Of a stretch of DNA of 64,000 nucleotides, positions 50,701-59,863 are shown piece by piece. How positions within the stretch are numbered: position 1 is the stretch's first letter; every line of letters begins with the position of its first letter. Source of the DNA: a bacterium (GTDB lineage: Bacteria; UBA8248; JACPRG01; G963555815). The notes under the pieces were generated by a model, which made no database searches, was not told where the DNA came from, and saw only the letters and a list, made by a program, of their open reading frames with translations. Position numbers and translations under genes: made by a program. The stretch lies in contig CBDHDG010000004.1 of assembly GCA_965261595.1 (NCBI GenBank), positions 96,001 to 160,000 of the forward strand, read 5' to 3'.

Positions 50701-51670
50701 TCAGAGCCACTTCTTTCGCTTGAAGAAAAAAATCGATCCGAGCGTCACCGCCCCCATCAACCCCAGGGCGTAAAAGTATCCATATCGGTACCCGAGCTCC
50801 GGGATCCATTCAAAGTTCATCCCGTAGATCCCCACAACCAGTGTGAGGGGCATCATGATCGTCGCGATGATGGTCAGGACCTTCATGACCTCGTTCATGC
50901 GATTCGACATGGTGGAGAGGTAGCTGTCGGTCAGGCTCGATAAGGTGTCACGGTAGCTTTCCGCCAGATAGGAAGTCCGGACGAGGTGGTCGTAAATATC
51001 GCGGTATTCGACCGTCAGGTTCTCGGGGATGAGGGGATGGTCGGTGTGGCCTAAACGATAGAGGATTTCCTGCTGGGGCTGTGCCAGGCGGCGAAGCCGC
51101 GCGACGGCGCGTTTGAGGTTGAAGATCCGCCGCAGGGAGTTTTCGCCCGGTTGATCGAACACCTCATTCTCCAGTTCATCGATCCGGTGGTCGAACTGAT
51201 CCAGAATGGGCGTGTAATTGTCCACAAGGCCGTTGAGCAGGCTGTGCATCACCGCCGCGGGACCGCGCTTCGAGCATCCGCGTTCCCATCTCGAACCGCC
51301 GGGCCGTGTTCTCCACCGTCTGAAGCGGTTTCCCGTGGTAGCTGATGACGAAATTCTTTCCCAGGAACAGGCCGAGCTGGGTCGTCCTGAAATCCTCATC
51401 GGAGGCGTCGAAATCCACCGCATGGGCGACGACGAAGATGTGGTCTTTGTATTCATCCATCTTCGGCACCAGGCTTTCCCGCTTGGCGTTCTCCAACTCG
51501 AGGGGATGGTAATTCAGAAATTCTCCCACCCGGTCCAGGATCTCTTCGTTCCCCGTCGTCAGGTCCACCCAGATCGAGACATCTTGCCTCTCCGTATACC
51601 GGATGAGGTCCTGGACCCGGTCCACCTGGACGCCGGGCTCCTCGGGATCAAAGACATAGATGCTGGGCAC
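50701..51670 (-). pseudogene. corA: CorA magnesium/cobalt transporter, frameshifted near 51270
   Basis: WVDL, HPLELEN, PKMDEY, LFLGKNFVISYH in one frame; MNEVMKVLT, GIYGMNF..IPEL, KKWL in another. Confidence 0.88.
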
Positions 51671-51854
51671 AATCCTTCTCCAACGCGATGGATCGGTGGA
51701 TGAAACGCTGCCCGGCCGGGGGAGGAGGGGAGGGAGGGAGGCCGAAATTGTCGCCGACCTCCCCGCATTCCGTATCTTAAGGACCCTCTCCCCCGCTCTA
51801 GGGTTTTGTTGGACACTCGATTGATCCATGATTCATGGAGAAAGGGGTGTCGCG

Positions 51855-52241
51855 ATGAACGAACAAAAGCAAGAGGGGGCTTTGGCGGAGGGCGCCCGTA
51901 GGGCGAACGGAGCCAAGGCCCCAGGGCATCGCAGTGAGCGGGGTCGGTTCTCCTGCCAGCGCAAGCGGGAGGCGGTCCTGCGTCTTTTGCGGGGCGAGAG
52001 CCTGGAGACGCTCTGCCGCGAGTTGGGCACGACAGCGGCTCGGCTTTCCGCCTGGCGCGAGGCGTTCCTTCGCGGGGGCGAGGCGGCGCTCAAAGCCCGC
52101 CCGGCGGATGAGCGGGACGAGGAGAACGCCCGGCTCAAGGCCAAGGTGGGCGAACTCACGATGGAGGGCGAGGTCCTGCGGGAGAAGATCGACCGCCTGG
52201 AGGCCGGCCGCCCTTTAGCCGGCAGGAGGTGGAGGCGATGA
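51855..52241 (+). CDS. IS3-family transposase OrfA
   Basis: Same protein as copy 1 except TAVRL to TAARL. Confidence 0.88.
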   Translation: MNEQKQEGALAEGARRANGAKAPGHRSERGRFSCQRKREAVLRLLRGESLETLCRELGTTAARLSAWREAFLRGGEAALKARPADERDEENARLKAKVGELTMEGEVLREKIDRLEAGRPLAGRRWRR

Positions 52242-53146
52242 GTCAGGCCCGCTTCACCTCCACGGGCAGAGCCTACGGCCTGAAGCGGGTGTGCGCCCTT
52301 TGGGGCTTGGCGCGCTCCACGGTCTACGCGCAACGGCGGCGAGAGGCGGTCCCCGTTCATGAACGCCCCACGCCCAATAAGCGCGGCCCTGTGGGCCCGT
52401 GCACCGATGCGGAACTCCTCGGCCACATCCGGCAGGTCCTGGAGGACTCTCCCTTCCATGGCGAGGGCTACCGCAAGGTGTGGGCGAGGCTGCGCTTCGC
52501 GGGCATCCGCACCAGCAAGGAGCGGATGCGTCGCCTGATGTGGGAGGCGGGGCTTCAGGCCCCCCACCGGGTGGGCAAACCCCGAGGTCCCAAGGCCCAC
52601 AACGGGACCATCCGCACCGAGCGGCCCGACCGAATGTGGGGCACGGACATGACGACGACGGTGACCACCGAGGAGGGGGTGGCCTCGGTGTTCGTGCCGG
52701 TGGATCACTGCTCGGTGGACTGCGTGGGGATCCATGCGGCCAAGAGCGGCAACCGCTTCGAGGCCCTGGAGCCGATCCGGCAGGGGGTCGCCGAGCGCTT
52801 CGCCGGCTTGGAGGCGGACGTCGCCGAGGGGCTTAAAGTTCGTCACGACCACGGCCCCGCCTATCTGTCCGATGACTTTCAGCGGGAGATCGCCTACCTG
52901 GGCATGACCAGTTCGCCCAGCTTCGTGCGGGCGCCCGAGGGAAATGGCTACTGTGAGTGGTTCATCCGCATCTTGAAGGAGAATCTCCTGTGGGTGCGCT
53001 CTTTCGCCACCGTAGAGGAACTGCGGTGGGCGCTGCTTGAGTTCAAGAACCTGTACAACCATCATTGGATTCTCGAGGGCTACGGCTACCGAACGCCGGC
53101 CCAGGCAAGGCAGGAAAAACTCGCTCAAGTTGCGGAGGCCGCATGA
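52238..53146 (+). CDS. IS3-family transposase OrfB
   Basis: Same DDE protein as copy 1 with four amino-acid differences visible in the ORF track. Confidence 0.9.
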   Translation: MSQARFTSTGRAYGLKRVCALWGLARSTVYAQRRREAVPVHERPTPNKRGPVGPCTDAELLGHIRQVLEDSPFHGEGYRKVWARLRFAGIRTSKERMRRLMWEAGLQAPHRVGKPRGPKAHNGTIRTERPDRMWGTDMTTTVTTEEGVASVFVPVDHCSVDCVGIHAAKSGNRFEALEPIRQGVAERFAGLEADVAEGLKVRHDHGPAYLSDDFQREIAYLGMTSSPSFVRAPEGNGYCEWFIRILKENLLWVRSFATVEELRWALLEFKNLYNHHWILEGYGYRTPAQARQEKLAQVAEAA

Positions 53147-53355
53147 GGTCGAATACCCTCACCCGAGTGTCCAATAACCCAGGGGCGGTCCACCTCCCCG
53201 CCGAATGGCAAGCCCAAAACAATCGGCGCGGGCGGACCCCTTTCCCATTTCAGTGGTATATAATCCGGCGTTGGCTGTCCGCGGATAGATTGGCGGCGTC
53301 TTCTGAGGGTTGCGGATGATGCCGGTCCGGGCGACCCCCGGCCGATGCGCCGCGT

Positions 53356-54033
53356 TTGGGAAATCCATTGATCGATTTGCATACGCATTCATTCTTGAGC
53401 GACGGCTCGCTCATCCCCTCGGAGCTTCTCCGGCGGGCCGAGCACAAGGGGATCGAGGCCCTCGCCATTACGGACCATGTTGACGCCTCGAACGTTGATT
53501 TCGTGGTTCCCCGTCTGGTCGAGGTCTGCCGGGCCTGCGCCCGCCACATGGAGATCCGGCCGATTCCGGGGGCGGAGATCACCCACGCTCCGCCCGAAAC
53601 CATCCCCGGACTGGCGGAACAGGCCCGGGCGCTGGGCGCGGCCATCGTCATCGTCCACGGGGAGACCCCGGCGGAGCCCGTAAAGCCGGGGACCAACCGG
53701 GCGGCGCTGGACGCCCCCATCAATTTTCTGGCCCACCCGGGCCTCATCACGCCCGCTGAGGTCCAGCTGGCGAAAGAGCGGGGGATCGCCCTCGAAATTA
53801 CGGCCCGAAAAGGACACAACATCGCGAACGGACACGTTGCCCGTCTGGCGCTGGCGGTGGGCGCGGAGCTTGTTCTGAACACGGACGCCCATGACCCGGG
53901 CGACCTGATCGGCGACGAGATGGCGCGGACGATCCTCCTGGGCGCCGGGATTCCCGAGGATCGGCTGGACTCGATCTTCACGAAGATGCAGATACTCGCA
54001 AACGAGGCCGGCGCCGGCTTGGGCCCGGCTTAA
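53356..54033 (+). CDS. PHP-domain phosphoesterase (histidinol-phosphatase-like)
   Basis: IDLHTHSFLSDG, AITDH, GAEITH, VHGET, LAHPG, NTDAH; TATAAT at 53259-53264 upstream. Confidence 0.9.
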   Translation: MGNPLIDLHTHSFLSDGSLIPSELLRRAEHKGIEALAITDHVDASNVDFVVPRLVEVCRACARHMEIRPIPGAEITHAPPETIPGLAEQARALGAAIVIVHGETPAEPVKPGTNRAALDAPINFLAHPGLITPAEVQLAKERGIALEITARKGHNIANGHVARLALAVGAELVLNTDAHDPGDLIGDEMARTILLGAGIPEDRLDSIFTKMQILANEAGAGLGPA

Positions 54034-54049
54034 CGAGGGAAAAGGTTCT

Positions 54050-54721
54050 ATGGCCAGGGGTGCGGGAAAAATAGATCGCCGCAAGCTGAGGGCGCCCGAC
54101 GAGTTCACCACCCGGTCGGCCCAGGTTATCCAGTACGTCCAGGCCCACCGGAAAAAGGTCTCCTTCATCGCGGGAGGCGTCCTCCTCGTCATCATCGCGA
54201 TCTTCGCCTATCGCATGTATCAAGACGGGCAGGAGGCCCGGGCCTCCTCTTTGGTTTCCATGGCCATGGAAGGCTTCGGAAAAGACCCGAAAAACGGCGC
54301 GCCGTTCGAGCGGATCGCCCGGGACTATCCCGGCACGAAAGGCGGGCGTCTCGCCGCGTTGTACCTGGCCCATTCCCTGTACAGGCAAGGCCGAAACGAA
54401 GAAGCCGCGAAGGCTTATCAGAAGCTCGCCGAGGATTCCGCGGCCCCGGAGCTGCTTCGCACCGAGGCCATCCTCGGCCGGGGATACGCGCTTGTTACGC
54501 TCAAGCGGTGCGAAGAAGCGGAGAGCGCGTTCAAACAGACGCCGGCAAAGGCGAGTTTCGCCCAACAGCAGGCGCAGTTAGCCATCGGGCAATGCTACGA
54601 GCTCAAGGGAGACTCCCGCGAGGCCCTCAAGCATTTTCAGGAGTTCGCCGGACGGTTTCCTGAATCTCCGTTTTTGACCGAAATGCTTCGGCAGAAAATC
54701 GGTATGGCCGAAAAGAAATAA
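54050..54721 (+). CDS. Membrane-anchored TPR protein (YfgM-like)
   Basis: LRAPDEF, single TM helix, DYPGTKGG..AALYLA, TPR helices. Confidence 0.75.
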   Translation: MARGAGKIDRRKLRAPDEFTTRSAQVIQYVQAHRKKVSFIAGGVLLVIIAIFAYRMYQDGQEARASSLVSMAMEGFGKDPKNGAPFERIARDYPGTKGGRLAALYLAHSLYRQGRNEEAAKAYQKLAEDSAAPELLRTEAILGRGYALVTLKRCEEAESAFKQTPAKASFAQQQAQLAIGQCYELKGDSREALKHFQEFAGRFPESPFLTEMLRQKIGMAEKK

Positions 54722-54898
54722 TCCTGATAATTAGTGTATTTCCAAAGTGTCATTCGTGTTTATTAATGTTACACATCAGTGGTATAGTCCTCCACTAAAG
54801 CCGTATGGCGCGGGTCGGTTGACCCTCCGCCTCCGCTCGATCATCGCACGGAATCGAAGAAAACCAGTGCAAATCATCCCCAAACCAGAGGAAATCAG

Positions 54899-55117
54899 AT
54901 GGTTGAAGAGAAGCTCCAGATTGGAAACCACCAGATCAAGATCGCCGTCGATGATTCCAAGCCGGGCGTTTTTACGTGGGATTTGAGCATCATGAAGCTC
55001 GACGGCCGAAAAATGTTCTCGAAGGATTTCCATTCCGCCCAGCCGTTTTCGACGATGGGAGAGTGTGTCGAGAACGCGAAGTACGTCGCCACCAACTGGA
55101 TTGAGAGGAATCCGTAG
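54899..55117 (+). CDS. Small hypothetical protein (72 aa)
   Basis: GAGG upstream of ATG, protein-like composition, fills the gap between an AT-rich patch and the IS256 element. Confidence 0.55.
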   Translation: MVEEKLQIGNHQIKIAVDDSKPGVFTWDLSIMKLDGRKMFSKDFHSAQPFSTMGECVENAKYVATNWIERNP

Positions 55118-55135
55118 GCCAAGAGACCGGAGATT

Positions 55136-56578
55136 GAGGGTGTCCCGAATTCAGTTGAAGGTTTGAGGCGGCGGTCCGTGTGTGGTTCACCTTATGCGAC
55201 CTCCTCTCGGGTGTCAAAGCGGGGCTCGTCCAGAACGGCCTTCAGGATCCACAGGTCCCGGTAGCCGTCCAGGCGACGGAAGTTCTTCTCGGTGGCGAGG
55301 AAGGCGGAAGCGGCCCACCTTTTCACCATCGCCCCGTCCCGCCAGCGGCCGACGCGCCGGGTGCGCATCCGCACCCCCGAACAGGGACTCTCGATCAGGT
55401 TCGTGCTCACCAGGCAGCGCCGAAGGCCGGGCGGAAGAGCCAAGCGGTTGACGGTGAAGATCTCCTCCAGACCCTCCAAAAGGCTGGCGGCCGCGTCCGG
55501 ATGCTCGATCTGAAGCCACCGGGCCTGCTTGCGCAGACGGGCAATCCCCTCCTTCGGCGCCAGCCGCCAGGCCGCCTTCATCGTCGCCTTCACCGGATCC
55601 TTCAACTCCTCGGGCAGGTGGTCCATCACGTTCTTCACCTTGTGGTTGCGGCACCGCTGCACCGGATTGTCGTCCCCGTACACCCGGTCAATCGCCGCAC
55701 GAAGCGCCCTCGAGCCGTCGATGACAAAAAGCCGACGCCGCCCGGGCCGCACGCCGCGCTCCACCAACTCCTCAAGAAGCGCCGTCACGACCGTGGCGTT
55801 CTCGGTGGCGCCCGACCTCAGGCCCAGAACGTGCTTTTGGCCCCGTGTGTCCACCCCAACGGCCACGATGACGTGATGCGCGCCGAAGCGCAGACCGTCC
55901 AGGTAGAGGATGAGGAGGTCGATGTCGTCAAAACGCCGCTCACAAAGACGCCGCAGCTTCGCCTCGGCCGCCTCGATGCTCTCCCGGCTCACGGCCGACT
56001 TCGACACCCCCACCGTCTCGGCCAGCTCGGGAAGAACGGCCGCGTAGTTCCGCGTCGAGACCCCTCGCATCAGCAAATCCAGCATCCGCTCCCCCAGCCC
56101 GGGGTCGGCCTGCATGGCCGCATACGCCGGCACCTCCACCTCCCCGCCCCGACCCTGGCCCCGGCGGCGAAGCCGCGGCTTTCTCACCTTCAGCTTGCGC
56201 CCCTTCAGGGTCACCCGGCCCCCCTGGCTGCCGTGCCGGCGGACCTCGCCACCCCGCTTGCCTGGATGCGGCGCGCCCGTCAAGCCCTTGGCCGACAGCA
56301 AAAGCACGGCCTCCAGGCCCGCCCGGCCCATGACGTCCATCAGGTCCTCCACCGCCAGTTGGGACTGCTCCACCAGCGACACCAGAGGAAAAAACGCCTG
56401 CCCGTGCTCCGCCACAAAGGCGGCCAACCTTTGGGTCTCTTTCTTCTCGATGATCTGGTAAGCTTCACTCATGGCGGTTCCTCCTCTTTGAATGTTTGCC
56501 AACCCGATTCTAACCGAGTCGGCAGGAGTGAACCGCCACCTCTTTTTCTCAACCTTCAACTATGAATGGGACAGGCTC
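55136..56578 (-). mobile_element. IS256-family insertion sequence (1443 bp, 8-bp TSD CGGAGATT)
   Basis: IRs GAGGGTGTCCCGAATTCAGTTGAAGGTTTGAG and (reverse complement) GAGCCTGTCCCATTCATAGTTGAAGGTTGAG. CGGAGATT at 55128-55135 and 56579-56586. Confidence 0.95.
55192..56472 (-). CDS. IS256 (mutator-type) transposase
   Basis: GVSTR, SKSAVSR, LYLDG, FVIDG, QRCRNHK, STNLIES; start MSEAY after GAGGAGG. Confidence 0.93.
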   Translation of the reverse strand: MSEAYQIIEKKETQRLAAFVAEHGQAFFPLVSLVEQSQLAVEDLMDVMGRAGLEAVLLLSAKGLTGAPHPGKRGGEVRRHGSQGGRVTLKGRKLKVRKPRLRRRGQGRGGEVEVPAYAAMQADPGLGERMLDLLMRGVSTRNYAAVLPELAETVGVSKSAVSRESIEAAEAKLRRLCERRFDDIDLLILYLDGLRFGAHHVIVAVGVDTRGQKHVLGLRSGATENATVVTALLEELVERGVRPGRRRLFVIDGSRALRAAIDRVYGDDNPVQRCRNHKVKNVMDHLPEELKDPVKATMKAAWRLAPKEGIARLRKQARWLQIEHPDAAASLLEGLEEIFTVNRLALPPGLRRCLVSTNLIESPCSGVRMRTRRVGRWRDGAMVKRWAASAFLATEKNFRRLDGYRDLWILKAVLDEPRFDTREEVA

Positions 56579-56601
56579 CGGAGATTTGTCGCAGAAATTA
56601 T

Positions 56602-56629
56602 ACTTATGATAAGGTATATTATGTTAACC
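56602..56629 (+). other. dif-like XerC/XerD recombination site
   Basis: ACTTATGATAA-GGTATA-TTATGTTAACC: 11-6-11 architecture, right arm 9/11 identical to the E. coli XerD arm TTATGTTAAAT, in an AT-rich intergenic patch. Confidence 0.85.
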
Positions 56630-56699
56630 TATAGGTGTGATTAGAATTGATGTGTTACATTCAAGGATAATATATATCTAATTCTATTATTGGATGTTA

Positions 56700-57488
56700 T
56701 TAGATAATATCAACGAATTCACGAACACAATTTACATCCACCTGGTTCTCGGTGCGCCCTTCCCGCTTGATCCCTGTCCCGATGATCGCCCCGTCGGCCG
56801 AGGAGAGCAACGCTTCGGCGTTGGCGGGCGTGACTCCGCTCCCAATCAGGACAGGCAGAGCTGGGGCCTTCTCTTTGACCAGGGCCAAATCTGTGGTCGA
56901 GACAGCCGTCCCGGTTTCGCCTCCCGAGACGATGAGGGCGTCGGCAAAGCCGCGCGACGCCGCGTCCGAGGCCTCGTTTGCAAGGCTCGATGTCCCGATG
57001 GGCGAGGAATGCTTGACGGCCACGTCGGCGAAGATGGCGAGGTTCGGCAGATAACGCCTGCGCTCGCGCTGGACCTCATAGGCCGTGGCCTGGATCAGCC
57101 CCTGGTCGGTGAGCCTCGCGCCCACGAAGACGTTGATCCGGATGAATGCCGCCTCGGCGGCGTATGCGACGGCGAGAGCGGCCCGGGCGTCGTTCCGGAG
57201 GACGTTGATGCCAAGGGGAAGAGTGACCGCCCCGCGAATGCGCCGTCCGGCCTCCGTCATCGCCGCAACGGTTGCGGCCGGGACCCGGCCTGGAAAATAC
57301 GGCACGTCATTGAAATTCTCGATGATGAGGCCGTGCATTCCGCCCTCTGAAATTGCTTTTGCGTCGGCGAGGGCGATCTCCAGCGTCTCTTCCCAGTCCC
57401 CTTGAAATTGGGGACTTCCGGGCAGGGGGCCCAGATGAACCATCCCGATGAGGGGCCGGTTGGCGTGAAAGAGCGCTTTCAGGTCCAA
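56700..57488 (-). CDS. BtpA/SgcQ family TIM-barrel protein
   Basis: IGMVHLGPLPGSP, IENFNDVPY, GINVLRND, ADVAVKH, IVSGGETG, IGSGVT. Confidence 0.92.
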   Translation of the reverse strand: MDLKALFHANRPLIGMVHLGPLPGSPQFQGDWEETLEIALADAKAISEGGMHGLIIENFNDVPYFPGRVPAATVAAMTEAGRRIRGAVTLPLGINVLRNDARAALAVAYAAEAAFIRINVFVGARLTDQGLIQATAYEVQRERRRYLPNLAIFADVAVKHSSPIGTSSLANEASDAASRGFADALIVSGGETGTAVSTTDLALVKEKAPALPVLIGSGVTPANAEALLSSADGAIIGTGIKREGRTENQVDVNCVREFVDII

Positions 57489-57634
57489 GGTTCATCCTCA
57501 CGGGGAAGATCGGGATGGGTAGGCCGGGCATCCTGCCCGGCCGGAAAGCCGTGCAGCCCGCCCAAGCGCCGTGCTGAATCGAAATGCGGCGGCGGAGACG
57601 GCCCCCCTTTCTCCCCCCTCCCCTGCCCTCCCTG

Positions 57635-58390
57635 TCAGTCCTCGATAAACGCCACCAGCCGGCACATGGCGCCTTCGCCGCCATCGAACCGCCAGGGGAA
57701 GCAGCCCACCTTGCAGCGCCGGTTCAACACCTCGTCGATGTTTCCGCCCATGTTCTCGACGTGGACGCACCCCGCCGCGAAGGGGGTTTTGTGCATGACG
57801 TACCAGTTGTCGCGGGGAAACACCTCTTCGAGCTTCTTGCCCACTTTGTCCTCGTACTCGGCGGCAAGATGGGGGACGCGCTCGGCGATGTGGGTGTTCA
57901 TGGGATGATCCCCGGACCCGCAATCGAAGGCCGTCCAGCGGATCTCCATATCCACCAGCCATTCGGCCAGCTCGGTGTGCCCGCCCGGGTGTTTGCACAT
58001 GTACTTGAAGTCGTCGGGCTTGTCACCGCCCACGTAGTGGTGATGGTAGCCGGTGTGGTAGATGAGGATGTCGCCCTTCTTGATCTCCACCCCCTGGCTG
58101 GTGAGCATCTCGGGCGTGATCAGCCCCCATTCCTCGACTTCGCCGCTGATGTCCACGATGGCCGCGTCGCCGTAGAGCCAGTTGACGTCGTAATCGCCGA
58201 TGCTCCGGCCGCCCGGAATGGCGTGCATCTGCGAGTCCAGGTGCGTGCCGATGTGGAGCGTGGTTTCGATGGCCTGGGCGTTGATCCCGGACGAGCTGAT
58301 GGTCTGCCAGTAATAGATCTTCGGCGGGACGTATCCGACCCAGGCCGGCGTGTGCATGTTCCAGGGGTGGCTGAGATCGACCAGACGCAT
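57635..58390 (-). CDS. Cyclase family metallohydrolase (kynurenine formamidase-like)
   Basis: VDLSHP, HIGTHLDSQMH (HxGTHxDxxxH), HVENMGG, CRLVAF. Confidence 0.88.
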   Translation of the reverse strand: MRLVDLSHPWNMHTPAWVGYVPPKIYYWQTISSSGINAQAIETTLHIGTHLDSQMHAIPGGRSIGDYDVNWLYGDAAIVDISGEVEEWGLITPEMLTSQGVEIKKGDILIYHTGYHHHYVGGDKPDDFKYMCKHPGGHTELAEWLVDMEIRWTAFDCGSGDHPMNTHIAERVPHLAAEYEDKVGKKLEEVFPRDNWYVMHKTPFAAGCVHVENMGGNIDEVLNRRCKVGCFPWRFDGGEGAMCRLVAFIED

Positions 58391-58610
58391 GTTCTTTTCT
58401 CCTTAACAGGCAAAAATGGGCCAGACGCTCGACCCAGGATAACCAGGACGGATGCAATCCGGAATGATAGCCGCCCTTGCCCGCCAATTCAAATGCAACG
58501 CGCCTTCCGCGGTTCGCCTTGGCGGGCCGGCGCCGCGGGCGATTCCCCTGATTATGGTAATCTGAATGGGGCGGGAAATCGCTTTCAGCTTTTGAGGAGA
58601 AGGGTTCAAC

Positions 58611-59822
58611 ATGCCGAAGACTGAGCGCCGCGAGGCGAAGCCGCCCGAGCTTTCCCCGGACGTGGCGAAAATCACGGACGAGGCCGTCGAGATTCGCAGG
58701 GACCTCCACGCCCATCCCGAGCTCGGCTTCCAGGAGGAGCGCACCGCCTCGGTCGTCGCCGACCGGCTGAACGCCATCGGTCTCCAGGTCGCCACCGGCG
58801 TCGCCAAGACGGGCGTCGTCGGCCTGCTCCGGGGAGGCCGGCCCGGCAAGACCGTCATGGTCCGCGCCGACATGGACGCCCTCCCCATCCAGGAGGCGAA
58901 CGACGTCCCGTATCGCTCGCAAAACGACGGGGCCATGCACGCCTGCGGCCATGACGGCCACACCGCCATGGCCCTGATGGCCGCCCGGGTCCTCAAGGAC
59001 CGGGGGGATCGGCTGCGGGGAAACGTGAAGTTCATCTTCCAGCCCGCCGAGGAGGGGCCCGGGGGAGCGGCCCCGATGATTGAGGCGGGCGCCCTGAAGG
59101 ACCCCGACGTGGACGCGGCCATCGGAATCCACCTCTGGAACGACCTGCCGGTGGGGCGCATCGGCGTCCAGTCGGGAGCGATCATGGCGAGCATGGACGC
59201 CCTGGAGATCACCATCCGGGGAAAGGGGTCGCACGCCGCGAAGCCCAACGACGGCGTGGACCCGATCGTCGCGTCGGCGCACGTCATCACCGCCCTCCAG
59301 ACCCTCATCAGCCGGGAGCGGAATCCCCTGGACCCCGCCATCCTGACCATCGGCTCGATCCACGGGGGAACGACATTCAACGTCATTCCGGATGAGGTGA
59401 AGCTCCTCGGGACGGTCCGGACCCTCTCGGACGAGCTTTGGGAGGCGATGCCCGGCCGCGTGAAGCGGATGGCCGATGGCGTTGCCGCGGGGTTCGGCGC
59501 GACGGCCGAGGTGGATTACCGGAAGATGTACCCGGTGACACGGAACGATCCCGCCCTCGCCGACCGGGTGGAGGCGCTGGCGCAGGACCTCGTCGGCCCC
59601 GAGTCCGTCATCCGGCACCAGACGACCCTGGGGGGCGAGGACATGTCCTTCTTCCTCCGCGAAGTGCCGGGGTGCTTCTTCTTCATCGGCTCGGCCAACG
59701 CCGAGCGGGGCCTCGACCATCCCCACCATAACCCCCGGTTCGATTTCGACGAGGACGCGCTGGGGATCGGGATCGAGATGCTCGTGCGGTCGGTGGAGTC
59801 GCTGCTTTCAACCGGGGATTGA
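58611..59822 (+). CDS. M20D family amidohydrolase
   Basis: RRDLHAHPELGFQE, RADMDALP, MHACGHDGH, FQPAEEG, GEDMS, HHNPRF. Confidence 0.93.
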   Translation: MPKTERREAKPPELSPDVAKITDEAVEIRRDLHAHPELGFQEERTASVVADRLNAIGLQVATGVAKTGVVGLLRGGRPGKTVMVRADMDALPIQEANDVPYRSQNDGAMHACGHDGHTAMALMAARVLKDRGDRLRGNVKFIFQPAEEGPGGAAPMIEAGALKDPDVDAAIGIHLWNDLPVGRIGVQSGAIMASMDALEITIRGKGSHAAKPNDGVDPIVASAHVITALQTLISRERNPLDPAILTIGSIHGGTTFNVIPDEVKLLGTVRTLSDELWEAMPGRVKRMADGVAAGFGATAEVDYRKMYPVTRNDPALADRVEALAQDLVGPESVIRHQTTLGGEDMSFFLREVPGCFFFIGSANAERGLDHPHHNPRFDFDEDALGIGIEMLVRSVESLLSTGD

Positions 59823-59863
59823 GCGGCGGGGTTGCGCCTGGGGGGGGGAAGGGTTGAAATCCT

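Larger units (their letters stand above)
51789..53192 (+). mobile_element. IS3-family insertion sequence, copy 2 (1404 bp, 4-bp TSD CCTC)
   Basis: Near-identical to 24397-25800. CCTC at 51785-51788 and 53193-53196. Inserted between the divergent corA and PHP genes. Confidence 0.95.
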
